Of a stretch of 64,000 nucleotides of DNA, positions 47,562 to 56,426 are shown one piece after another (positions within the stretch are counted from its first letter, which is position 1; every line of letters starts with the position of its first letter). Under the pieces are notes generated by a model. That model searched no databases. It saw only the letters and a list, made by a program, of their open reading frames with translations, and was not told the DNA's origin. Source of the stretch: Fibrobacteria bacterium (GTDB lineage Bacteria > Fibrobacterota > Fibrobacteria > UBA11236); NCBI GenBank assembly GCA_043766615.1, contig JAYUHW010000039.1:12449-76448 (forward strand). The letters run 5' to 3'. The translations under genes were made by a program, and so were the position numbers.

Positions 47562-48813
47562 ATCCACCGAGGCGATAAAAACATCAAAGCCGGATCTAAG
47601 GGTCCCAGCTCCCGTTACCTCGTCCCCGATCGCCGCTCCAATCACAAAATCCAATGACCGTAAATTGCGCGTGGCCGTGGTCGGAACCGTTGGGTTACCG
47701 GCCCGTTACGGAGGTTTTGAAACTTTAGCGCATTACTTGGTTGAACACTTGGGAAGCGAATTCGATTTTATCGTTTATTGCAGCGGTCCGGATTACAAGG
47801 AACGACCTAAGGATTTCTTGGGCGCGCGGTTGGTCTACTTGCCCCTGCGTGCCAATGGAGCCCAAAGTATTCCTTTCGATATCTTAAACTATATTCACGC
47901 CCTAAAAAATTGCGACTTGCTGCTTGTCTTGGGCGTATCCGGTGGATTGGCATTACCCTTGGTGCGGCTGCTTGGGAAGCCGAGTATTCTAAATATCGGT
48001 GGAATGGAATGGCAACGCAGCAAATGGGGGCGCTGGGCCAGTAGGTTCTTGCATTTATCCGAGGCTGTAGCGGTGCGTGCCGCTTCGGTTGTGGTTTCCG
48101 ATAACCAAGGTATTACCCATCACTTGAAAACCGCATATAAACGGTCCAGCACTTTAATTGAATATGGCGGAGACCAAACCACGAAACCTGAGATTACTCA
48201 AGGACTGATCAAAAAGTATCCCTTCCTCAGTCGTCCCTATGCTTTTGCTGTGGCTCGTATTCAATCCGATAATAATCCTGAACTTCTGCTTTATGCCTAT
48301 AATCAGGTTCCCGAAGTGGAGTTTGTTTTTATTGGAAATTGGAACCGTTCGGAATATGGTCGTGAATTGAAGAAGCATTACGAGGTTTTTCCGAATCTAC
48401 ATCTGCTTGAAGCCATTTATGATCCCGTGGAATTGAATGTTATTCGTGCCAATTGCGCCTATTATGTCCACGGGCATTCGGCAGGGGGAACAAATCCGGC
48501 ATTGGTCGAGGCTATGAACCTTTCCTTGCCCATTGCTTCCTACGACGTGGTCTACAATCGCGCTACTACGGAAAACCGAGTCAAGTATTTTCGGAATGTG
48601 GCTACTCTGGTGGAGTTGATACTCCAAGTCCCGCAATCGGAATGGGATAATCAGCGGGAAGTGGTAAAGGACATCGCCCATCGACGTTACCGGTGGGCAG
48701 GTATTTCCGGAAAATATGCCGAGCTTTTCAGAAAGTTCGATCCTAGGCCAAAGCTTGGAGCCGTCTCCGAGATAACGAAATCGGATGCGGCCGCTATGGA
48801 GATTACCAGGTAA
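47554..48813 (+). CDS. GT-B fold glycosyltransferase (DUF1972-type N-terminus)
   Basis: Start set at ATG 47554 preceded by GGAGG and overlapping upstream stop. KLRVAVVGTVGLPARYGGFETL N-terminal Rossmann-like. Confidence 0.75.
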   Translation: MIESTEAIKTSKPDLRVPAPVTSSPIAAPITKSNDRKLRVAVVGTVGLPARYGGFETLAHYLVEHLGSEFDFIVYCSGPDYKERPKDFLGARLVYLPLRANGAQSIPFDILNYIHALKNCDLLLVLGVSGGLALPLVRLLGKPSILNIGGMEWQRSKWGRWASRFLHLSEAVAVRAASVVVSDNQGITHHLKTAYKRSSTLIEYGGDQTTKPEITQGLIKKYPFLSRPYAFAVARIQSDNNPELLLYAYNQVPEVEFVFIGNWNRSEYGRELKKHYEVFPNLHLLEAIYDPVELNVIRANCAYYVHGHSAGGTNPALVEAMNLSLPIASYDVVYNRATTENRVKYFRNVATLVELILQVPQSEWDNQREVVKDIAHRRYRWAGISGKYAELFRKFDPRPKLGAVSEITKSDAAAMEITR

Positions 48814-48815
48814 TA

Positions 48816-50306
48816 GTGGCTGTTCGGGTTGGTAATCTCCTAGGCCATTCGGCCATTTACATGGCTGCAAACTTTCTCCAAAGGGGACTGTCGTTTTTAC
48901 TTATACCCCTTTACGCTGCCTACTTTTCCACGGCTGAATTCGGAGCCATGGATATGCTGTATCAAATGGCTATTGCTTTGGCTTTGCTAACCTCCTTTGG
49001 TCTGCCTCAAGGCTTAGTGCGTGGGTTCTATTTGGCGGGCGAATCAAAAGATCAAGATTCCGTGGACACCCAGATGCCTCTTGAGGAGCGTCGGAAATTA
49101 TTGGGCGCCTTAATTACCTTTCTGCTGCCAATCAGCCTGGTTTGCACGGGGGCTTTAGTTCTTTTTGCCGAACCGCTTTCTCATTTGCTATTTCAGAGTG
49201 AAGGCAGGTCCCAGTGGATAAGGCTAACAGCATTATTATACCTAGCCTTAGTGATGCAAGGCTTACCCCTCCAGCTTTACAAAACGGAGCAGAAGTCTCG
49301 AGCCTTTGCAGCTTGGTCCTTGACCGCGTTTAGTTTGATTGCCTTGGGGAACCTTTATTTCATTGTCGTTTTGAAAATGGGATTGCCGGGCATGCTGCTT
49401 GGGAATCTTTTGGGAGTTGGAGGCACAGCCCTGATCCTATCCCTATTGATATTGCCCAAGGCTCACTTGAATTGGGACTGGAAACGCTTGGCTCCACTTT
49501 TCGCATTTGGATTACCCATGCTTCCTAATTTGCTCAGCCGGAAAATTTTAGAAGTTGGCAATCGATATATGATTCCTCATTGGCATGGATTGTCGGAAGT
49601 AGGGATGTTTTCCATGGGGGCTAGGGTATCGAGTATTATGGATATCCTCCTGCTCGTTCCCTTTCTTTATGCCTGGCAACCTTTTTTCTATTCCTTGGCA
49701 GGAAAAGCCGATTCACCCAAAATTTTCGCTCGCGTTACCCATTATTTCTTTTTGCTTTTAACCGGAATATTTTTGGGCATGCAAGTTTTTCAGACGGCGA
49801 TCCTCCACTTTCTGGGTCGGGGAAGATATGATGAGGCAGGCCCGGTGGTTTCGCTATTGGTTCTGGCTGCCATGTTGAATGGAATCCAATATTGCGTATC
49901 AGCGGGAATCCATTTGCGCAAAAAATTGGTGACGGAAATGTGGCTCATGGCCGGGATTGCGACCGTCAACATTATGCTTAATCTTTTGCTCATTCCCAGG
50001 TTTGGCGCTCAAGGCGCCGCCGCCGCGACTGCCACGGCCTTTGGTTTTTTTCTGATCGGATCTTTTATTACCGCCCAACGAGTTTATCCCGTGCCCTATT
50101 TATGGCATCGAAGCGTTCCGATTTTTTTGTGGGCGGTTTGTGCCTATGCCGCTTTGCTGGTAATTCATTCTCTTTTGATCCGCGTTTGCCTTGTTTTGAG
50201 TTTTGCCATTGTTGGACCGATTTGGGATCTTAAGCGAAATGGCGAATTGAGTATGGCATGGAAGTTTGTTCTTGAAAAAATAGTTCGGATTCGGGCCGGT
50301 TCCTGA
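48816..50306 (+). CDS. Wzx-type oligosaccharide flippase (polysaccharide biosynthesis protein family)
   Basis: About 14 predicted TM helices. Typical Wzx N-terminus. 48816 is a GTG. Alternative ATG at about 48861. Confidence 0.75.
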   Translation: MAVRVGNLLGHSAIYMAANFLQRGLSFLLIPLYAAYFSTAEFGAMDMLYQMAIALALLTSFGLPQGLVRGFYLAGESKDQDSVDTQMPLEERRKLLGALITFLLPISLVCTGALVLFAEPLSHLLFQSEGRSQWIRLTALLYLALVMQGLPLQLYKTEQKSRAFAAWSLTAFSLIALGNLYFIVVLKMGLPGMLLGNLLGVGGTALILSLLILPKAHLNWDWKRLAPLFAFGLPMLPNLLSRKILEVGNRYMIPHWHGLSEVGMFSMGARVSSIMDILLLVPFLYAWQPFFYSLAGKADSPKIFARVTHYFFLLLTGIFLGMQVFQTAILHFLGRGRYDEAGPVVSLLVLAAMLNGIQYCVSAGIHLRKKLVTEMWLMAGIATVNIMLNLLLIPRFGAQGAAAATATAFGFFLIGSFITAQRVYPVPYLWHRSVPIFLWAVCAYAALLVIHSLLIRVCLVLSFAIVGPIWDLKRNGELSMAWKFVLEKIVRIRAGS

Positions 50307-50324
50307 GATCAAAAACTCGATTTA

Positions 50325-50801
50325 TTGAAGGCAAAGATGTTGCATTTCACTCCGGAACATTTTTTCACGGATTTTTTCAAGAACCGGGTTGGTCACTATG
50401 CAACTGCCGATATTGCGATGCCGGGCGTCGATTCTAAGGTGGACTTACGCAAATTGCCTTTTCCTGAAGCATCCTTCGATTTCGTCTATGCCTCGCATGT
50501 GCTGGAACATATCGACGAAGATGCCAAAGCCATTGCAGAAATCAGCCGAATCCCTTTGAGGAATATCATGTTCGGGCCCCGGGTCCTGACTATTTCAATC
50601 GGTACAATCCCCATTTCCAAACGGTGCAAGTCCACCACTCTTCAGATTTTCCGGAAAAGTACCAGTGTTTTATTTATGAAGATCGAAGCGTCTGGCCGAC
50701 GGCTCAATGTCCGCTATTACCCACTATGGCGGGTAGTCGGCACGAGGACATGGTACCGGTTTGCTTTGTCTCGTCGCCCTAGAGACAAAATTTCCCGGTA
50801 G
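50325..50801 (+). pseudogene. probable remnant of a SAM-dependent methyltransferase (lacks motif I; C-terminal part looks out of frame)
   Basis: Contains FDFVYASHVLEHI (methyltransferase type 11 post-I/II region) but no GxGxG upstream. Confidence 0.4.
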
Positions 50802-50806
50802 CGGAA

Positions 50807-52135
50807 TCAATAATTGGAGATTTTCTGGAATGCCTCGATGCTATAAACCTTGAGCCGCCCCTGCTGCACGAAGGTATCCACATAGGCCAAAAGCTCTTCC
50901 CAATCGGCGCGATACCATTTGTTGGAATCTAATAAGCCGCTAGCGACAATTTCGTGGACGCCAATGATACTGGCCATCCGGTTGTTCACCAAATTGAGAA
51001 TGACACTCTTAGCCATATCCAGGGTCACCCCGTTTTGTAGAAAACCAAGAACTCGTAGTCGATAAGGATCGGAAAAAGGAAGTGCTTCCCCTTCCGGCCA
51101 ACCCACTACCAAACGGGCCGTTTGGGCATTCAGTTTGACAATGGAGTCCTTGGCTAGGTCGCTTTTTCCGTAGGGGTAAGCGAAATGTCTGAAACCCGTG
51201 AATCCATTGCACTGCAGGAACCCGGCATTTCTTTTCATGGAGCGATCGGCTGAATCATTGGTCAAGCTAGTGATACTGTCATGGGTCCATAGATGGCTCC
51301 CAATAGTCCAGCCTCCACTATCTTGCAAAACTTTCAGCCTTGCCATGCCCATTTTATTAACGGCTCCTACCGAACTGCCGTTCACATAAATGTTCCCTGA
51401 AAAACCATACCTACGCATAGCTGGAACGCCATTGGTGTCGAAGTTGGCCCATTGATCATCTTCAGTAATGAAGAGCACTGCCGGCGGCAGTGGGGAAGGA
51501 TAAAAACCGAGCTCACCAAAAATCAAAGTATCATTTAATCCAGGTTTTGCGCTTAACCCAATCCGAATGCGCGAGACGGAATGGCAATCAAAACCGGGTG
51601 TGGAATTGAAAACGCGAACCGCCAGGTTTACCCGGGACCAATGTCCAGTATCAAAGAGTTGCGGGTTTCTGACCTGGTGGTGGATGGTATAAATGGCATT
51701 GTCTTCCAGTCGGATACCGCTGATGAGTTGAATTCCGAAAACTTGGACCGAAGCAAGATTCGCCATGTTGGGGGCCCAAAATTTAAGTGAGAGATTCGCA
51801 TCACTGCAAACGTTTTCGGGCGGTTCCAGAGCCTTTTCAAGGTAAGTTGTGGAATAATTGTCGCCGATTACCCTAAGCGCTTTCGGAGCCATCAGATAGT
51901 GGGCTGAATCCGATTCCAGGAGTCCGCTCCCATAAACCCTATTCCATTCAGTATTAATTGGCTTATTGAAATACGAGCGGACGTGATAGCCGACAATTCC
52001 TTTATCCTCTGGCCTAGTGGGGAGAAAATCATCCGGAAAAATATTCGGTTCCAAACAGGAAATATTGGCAAACGGACCCTGTTTAAATGCCATTACGAGC
52101 AAAAGGCCAATTAAAAAATTTGGACGAATTTTCAT
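50807..52135 (-). CDS. secreted two-domain protein: unknown N-terminal domain + CE4 deacetylase domain with TEDD variant of motif 1
   Basis: Signal peptide from ATG 52135. TEDDQW (vs TFDDG), HLWTH, FAYPYG motifs. Confidence 0.7.
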   Translation of the reverse strand: MKIRPNFLIGLLLVMAFKQGPFANISCLEPNIFPDDFLPTRPEDKGIVGYHVRSYFNKPINTEWNRVYGSGLLESDSAHYLMAPKALRVIGDNYSTTYLEKALEPPENVCSDANLSLKFWAPNMANLASVQVFGIQLISGIRLEDNAIYTIHHQVRNPQLFDTGHWSRVNLAVRVFNSTPGFDCHSVSRIRIGLSAKPGLNDTLIFGELGFYPSPLPPAVLFITEDDQWANFDTNGVPAMRRYGFSGNIYVNGSSVGAVNKMGMARLKVLQDSGGWTIGSHLWTHDSITSLTNDSADRSMKRNAGFLQCNGFTGFRHFAYPYGKSDLAKDSIVKLNAQTARLVVGWPEGEALPFSDPYRLRVLGFLQNGVTLDMAKSVILNLVNNRMASIIGVHEIVASGLLDSNKWYRADWEELLAYVDTFVQQGRLKVYSIEAFQKISNY

Positions 52136-52229
52136 AATTCTCTTAGGGTGTAAGTCATGAAAGGATTGCGACCCAAAAAACAACTGCTATAAACTAGTTC
52201 TGCTAGAACTTTTTATTGTTACAGGTGTG

Positions 52230-53600
52230 TTACCGGGATGATTCAAGGAATTCTTCTAGGCTATAAACCTTGACTTTATCCTGTTCGACCAAGGTCTGTA
52301 TATAATCCATCAAGGCTTCCCAATCCGCTTTATACCATTTCCGTCCATTTAAGGAGCCTCCGGTGACAATTTGGTGAACACCAATAATACCGGCTGTGCG
52401 GTTGTCGACCATTAGCTTGACTGCTCCTTTAGCCATCTCCAAGCTAACACCCTCTCCAAGAAAACCTAGAACACGCAGTCGGTAAGGATCGGAGAAAGGC
52501 ACGACATCACCGGCCGGCCATCCAGTGGTTAAGCGGGCGGTTTTGGTATGCATCCGCACGATTGAATCCTTGGCTCGATCGCTTCTGCCATATGGATAGG
52601 CGAAATGTTGATAGCCGGTGAATCCATTCCTGCGCAGAAATTCAGCATTCATCATCAAAGAACGTTCGGCGGAGTCATCGGTTAGGGCCGTAATACTGTC
52701 ATGAATCCAGAGATGGCTTCCAATAGTCCAACCCCCGCTGTCTTGCAGGGTCTTTAAGCGTCCCAAGTTCATTTTATTGTAAACGCCCAAGAGTCCGGCA
52801 TTCGCATAAACGGTTCCCTTGAAGCCATATTTTCGCATCGCCGGGATCGCATTGGTATCGAAGTCGGCCCATTGATCGTCTTCGGTTATGATCAAGGCTG
52901 CCTTGGCTAAGGGAGAAGGATATACAGCCAGTTCACCTAAAATGAGAGTGTCTTCAAGTCCGTTCAAGGCGCTTAGTCGTATGCGTATCCGCTTTACGGA
53001 ATTGCAGTCGAAAGTCGAGGAGATATTGAAGGCGCGAATGGCTTGATTGATGCGTGTCCAGTGCCCGGCATCAGTCAGTTGTGAATTCCGAACCTGATGT
53101 TGATAAGCATATGTCGCGCTATCCTTTAAGTCCTTACCTCCAATTAAGGTCAGTGAAAAAAGCTGAACATTGGTCAGGTTAGCTTGTGACTCGGCCCAGA
53201 ATTTAAAGGAGATATTCGCATCCCCGCACACATTTTCCGGCTTTTGAAAATTCTTTTCTATGCTATTCGATGGGTTATTTGTTCCTATGATCCGCACAGC
53301 CATTGGTGCTTGAAGAAACCGGTTCGATTCTGGTTCCAAATATCCGGATCCATAAACCATTTTCCATTCCGTTCCAATGCCCTTATTGAAATACGAGAGA
53401 ACGCGGTAGCCCTCGGTTGCACTGTCTTCGGCTAATACGGGAAGGATTTCATCTTGGGAACTTTGTTCATGAATACATGAATTCAGGATGGGTGATACCG
53501 CCAAGACCATCCCGAAAATCAGAATTCTTGCGGAGAACTCCGGTTTCCTTATGAGGTAGCAATCGACTAACTGCAAGAGCCGCGGTGCGTGATCGGTCAT
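52230..53600 (-). CDS. tandem paralog of 50807..52135 (unknown N-domain + CE4-like domain, TEDD variant)
   Basis: Collinear motifs with 50807..52135 (TEDDQWADFD, HLWIHDSITAL, FAYPYGRSD). 4-nt overlap with upstream gene. Confidence 0.7.
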   Translation of the reverse strand: MTDHAPRLLQLVDCYLIRKPEFSARILIFGMVLAVSPILNSCIHEQSSQDEILPVLAEDSATEGYRVLSYFNKGIGTEWKMVYGSGYLEPESNRFLQAPMAVRIIGTNNPSNSIEKNFQKPENVCGDANISFKFWAESQANLTNVQLFSLTLIGGKDLKDSATYAYQHQVRNSQLTDAGHWTRINQAIRAFNISSTFDCNSVKRIRIRLSALNGLEDTLILGELAVYPSPLAKAALIITEDDQWADFDTNAIPAMRKYGFKGTVYANAGLLGVYNKMNLGRLKTLQDSGGWTIGSHLWIHDSITALTDDSAERSLMMNAEFLRRNGFTGYQHFAYPYGRSDRAKDSIVRMHTKTARLTTGWPAGDVVPFSDPYRLRVLGFLGEGVSLEMAKGAVKLMVDNRTAGIIGVHQIVTGGSLNGRKWYKADWEALMDYIQTLVEQDKVKVYSLEEFLESSR

Positions 53601-55708
53601 TTGGGTGCAATGCGCAACAGCAACAATTGCCCGCCCGGCCCAGGCTTGGTTCCCTCTGGCAGGTTTTGCAATCCGGCGGCATTTTCACTGGTTATACTTC
53701 GGGCCTGAACGTTTAGTAACCATGTCCCGATTCCTAATTGATTTGATCCATCGATGAGGCCCTTGACCTCCCATTGGGTCTTGAGACCTGGTCTTAAAGT
53801 CCCAATGGAACTAGGCGCATCTACGACAGCTAATTTATCCAGCTTCCGGGCCTCCAAATTGAGCATCCAAATTGCAGGTGGACGAAGAATAGAAGCGGAT
53901 GGTTTTTCACAAATCACCATATTTCTTGTTTTTCCAATGGCGATTTTTCCAGGGTTGGTGAAACCGGTAATGGAATCGCCCGTTGCCAGAATCTCCAAGC
54001 GAGGCCCTTCGCCTTCGAGGGCGTTTTTTGGATCGAATGACAATTTGTAAATCCTTCCAAAGCGATTTTGTGAAGCCGACCCATTACCGGTGCTGGAGAA
54101 ATAGAAGGCCCCTTTTTGACTTGGGTCATAGGCGCCTTCCGCAAGCGATTCAAAGTTGAAGGAAGTGTCCTTGCCGTCTGCGCTTACCGTGCTCCAACCA
54201 TTTAGTGTAGCGGTAGAAATGTCGGCCAGTGAAAAAGGGGCATCCGGTCTGTTCCGGAGCAGGTCTACCCAGTGTCCCTGAAGTGTGCCCGAATTGAATT
54301 CAGCCTCGTTATGTTTGCCCGAGGCAGCGAAGACATAAAGCTTTCCTCCTGCCAAACCATTTTCATAAAGGGGATCCGGGGAGCGCATGTCACGTAACTT
54401 ACGTCCAATATAGAGGTAAAGTCGGCCTCTACCCGATTGGGTCTGCTCTAGCGCCATAACAACCGTTTGATTGGAATCCTGAGTCGGCACTACGGTAAGG
54501 CTCTGAAATGCCAGTTTACCGAAATCGGACAAGATAAACGCTTTATCGCCAACAATACCCAAGGTCTGCGCACCTGATGATGAAAAGTTAGATGAGGAGG
54601 AGGACGATTCTCCGGTTAAATAAATGGGTAAAGTTATACCCTCCTCCGGTCCAGCCAGAAAACCAGGACTCAAGCGATTGAAAAATCCAGGAGTAGCACT
54701 AAAGTTACCAAGAGCATGGACGGACTCGAAAGCGAAGCGACCGGAAACGATCCGATCCGTGGCCCTATCAATGGTATATTCCGAGACATAGGCACCTTTT
54801 TTGGTAGGTCCAGCGACTAAGGCATTAATTGAATCCTGGGAGCTGATTTCATGACTCATGAATAGACGGGCAGTTTGACTATCGCGAGTAGTCAAACCCA
54901 AACCATTGGGCATTCCACCCATGCGAAAGCCTTGCAAAAAATTGTCCGTCATCGGCACGCTTTCCCCCACAGTCAATAGCGGCGTAATGGCAACACCGGG
55001 TTCAACAGCTTTTAAATAAGCGGAATCATCGGTTGTCCAAGAAGTCAAACTATCTGAAGTCATTACCATGCTTGGGATGGTGTCATCCTCAACTACGACT
55101 ACTTGTTGGATGGTCCGGAACCCAATTTTGGAAATCACCAACGTATCAATAGTGGTTGCAGCCACTTTTGCAATCTGATCCAAGGGCAAGGGAACAAGTC
55201 TAAGCGGGGTCCGGTCGGTCTTTTTTCCAAAGTATGGGATTCTATGATAGTACGAGAGAGAACCGATTTGTAAACGGATACCGTAAACACCAATATGCAG
55301 TTCGTGCCGCAAACTCGACAATGGAGCGAGCCCGTAAAGACCGCGCTTTAAGTCCTCATCAACCACTCTTCCCAGTTCGTGGCCAGTGAAATCGAAAACG
55401 GTAATGCGAACGCGAGCGTGGATGGTCAAAACGTGAAACGCTAGTTTTTGCCCATCCGACTGGAACATGTCTTCTGCACGAATCTTTCTTTCCACTGAAC
55501 GACTCATGAGCTGGTATCTACCATGATCATCCGTACTAGTTGCAAAGCCATCTTGTTTAAGCTGTACGCTCACGTTTGACATTGGGTGCCCGGTGAGATC
55601 AACTATCTTGCCCACAATGCGCGAGGAAATTTTAGCGGGTTCGGAACCTAAGACGAATGACTGAATGCAGGCGGAAAGGAGTAGAAAAAAAAAGACTCTT
55701 AAATTCAT
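53597..55708 (-). CDS. secreted protein: carboxypeptidase-regulatory-like N-terminal domain + PhoX/DUF839-like region
   Basis: Signal peptide. IVGKIVDLTGHPMSNVSVQL…TDDHGRYQL (CarbopepD_reg-like). GRIYKLSF and ICEKPSAS-type motifs reminiscent of DUF839. Confidence 0.5.
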   Translation of the reverse strand: MNLRVFFFLLLSACIQSFVLGSEPAKISSRIVGKIVDLTGHPMSNVSVQLKQDGFATSTDDHGRYQLMSRSVERKIRAEDMFQSDGQKLAFHVLTIHARVRITVFDFTGHELGRVVDEDLKRGLYGLAPLSSLRHELHIGVYGIRLQIGSLSYYHRIPYFGKKTDRTPLRLVPLPLDQIAKVAATTIDTLVISKIGFRTIQQVVVVEDDTIPSMVMTSDSLTSWTTDDSAYLKAVEPGVAITPLLTVGESVPMTDNFLQGFRMGGMPNGLGLTTRDSQTARLFMSHEISSQDSINALVAGPTKKGAYVSEYTIDRATDRIVSGRFAFESVHALGNFSATPGFFNRLSPGFLAGPEEGITLPIYLTGESSSSSSNFSSSGAQTLGIVGDKAFILSDFGKLAFQSLTVVPTQDSNQTVVMALEQTQSGRGRLYLYIGRKLRDMRSPDPLYENGLAGGKLYVFAASGKHNEAEFNSGTLQGHWVDLLRNRPDAPFSLADISTATLNGWSTVSADGKDTSFNFESLAEGAYDPSQKGAFYFSSTGNGSASQNRFGRIYKLSFDPKNALEGEGPRLEILATGDSITGFTNPGKIAIGKTRNMVICEKPSASILRPPAIWMLNLEARKLDKLAVVDAPSSIGTLRPGLKTQWEVKGLIDGSNQLGIGTWLLNVQARSITSENAAGLQNLPEGTKPGPGGQLLLLRIAPK

Positions 55709-55791
55709 ATTACAAATCTCAGTTTAGAGAAAGTTTTTTTAATAAAAATTCCAAATCTATTAACTCAGCCATGAAAACAGCACAAAGGGTA

Positions 55792-56391
55792 TTACTTCGC
55801 ATCTTTTCCACCGCCTTTATGATCCTGGAAGCCCCAAATTTTGCAGCCTTCTGAGGACTCATAAATACTCCCAATGAAGGATATTTTCTCCATGAAGTGG
55901 GATGCGGGACCCCTGACCAAAATTTCAATATCACGGAGAATTTTACCGCCTCCGTCCATTTCCACTGGAGGGGTGTTTGATTTCCAGGAAATCAGTTCCA
56001 GGCTTTTACCCCCATATTTTTCCAGGCTTCGATAAAGCAATTTTCCATTGTCCATGTAATAAAATTCACGCATGAAATTCAATTGGACTTCACTGGCGTT
56101 TTTTCCTTCAGGTAATTTCTTATAGAGCGTGATCAGTTGTTCAGGGTTTGGCCCCATTAGGATCAAACCAAGGGTATCTTGAATATTGAGCCGTGCTACG
56201 GCATTTCGTAAAAGTTGATCAGGTGAATGCGCAATCCTGCCTAGGCTGGGGATGCTGTCTTCGAGAATGGCAGGGGCCAAAGGGCGGCTAGGTTTTGCCC
56301 AGACGCTTTCGGCCGAAAGAATTGACAAGACAAATAGGCAGCTTGAAAGGGGAAAAGCTCTAAAAAATTTACAGATAATTTCTTTTGACAT
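55792..56391 (-). CDS. secreted hypothetical protein
   Basis: Start at MSKEIICKFFRAFPLSSCLFVLSILSAESVWA signal peptide. No recognisable motifs. Confidence 0.5.
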   Translation of the reverse strand: MSKEIICKFFRAFPLSSCLFVLSILSAESVWAKPSRPLAPAILEDSIPSLGRIAHSPDQLLRNAVARLNIQDTLGLILMGPNPEQLITLYKKLPEGKNASEVQLNFMREFYYMDNGKLLYRSLEKYGGKSLELISWKSNTPPVEMDGGGKILRDIEILVRGPASHFMEKISFIGSIYESSEGCKIWGFQDHKGGGKDAK

Positions 56392-56426
56392 TTTCCAATA
56401 AATCCTTTCAAGCCAATTCATTCGAT

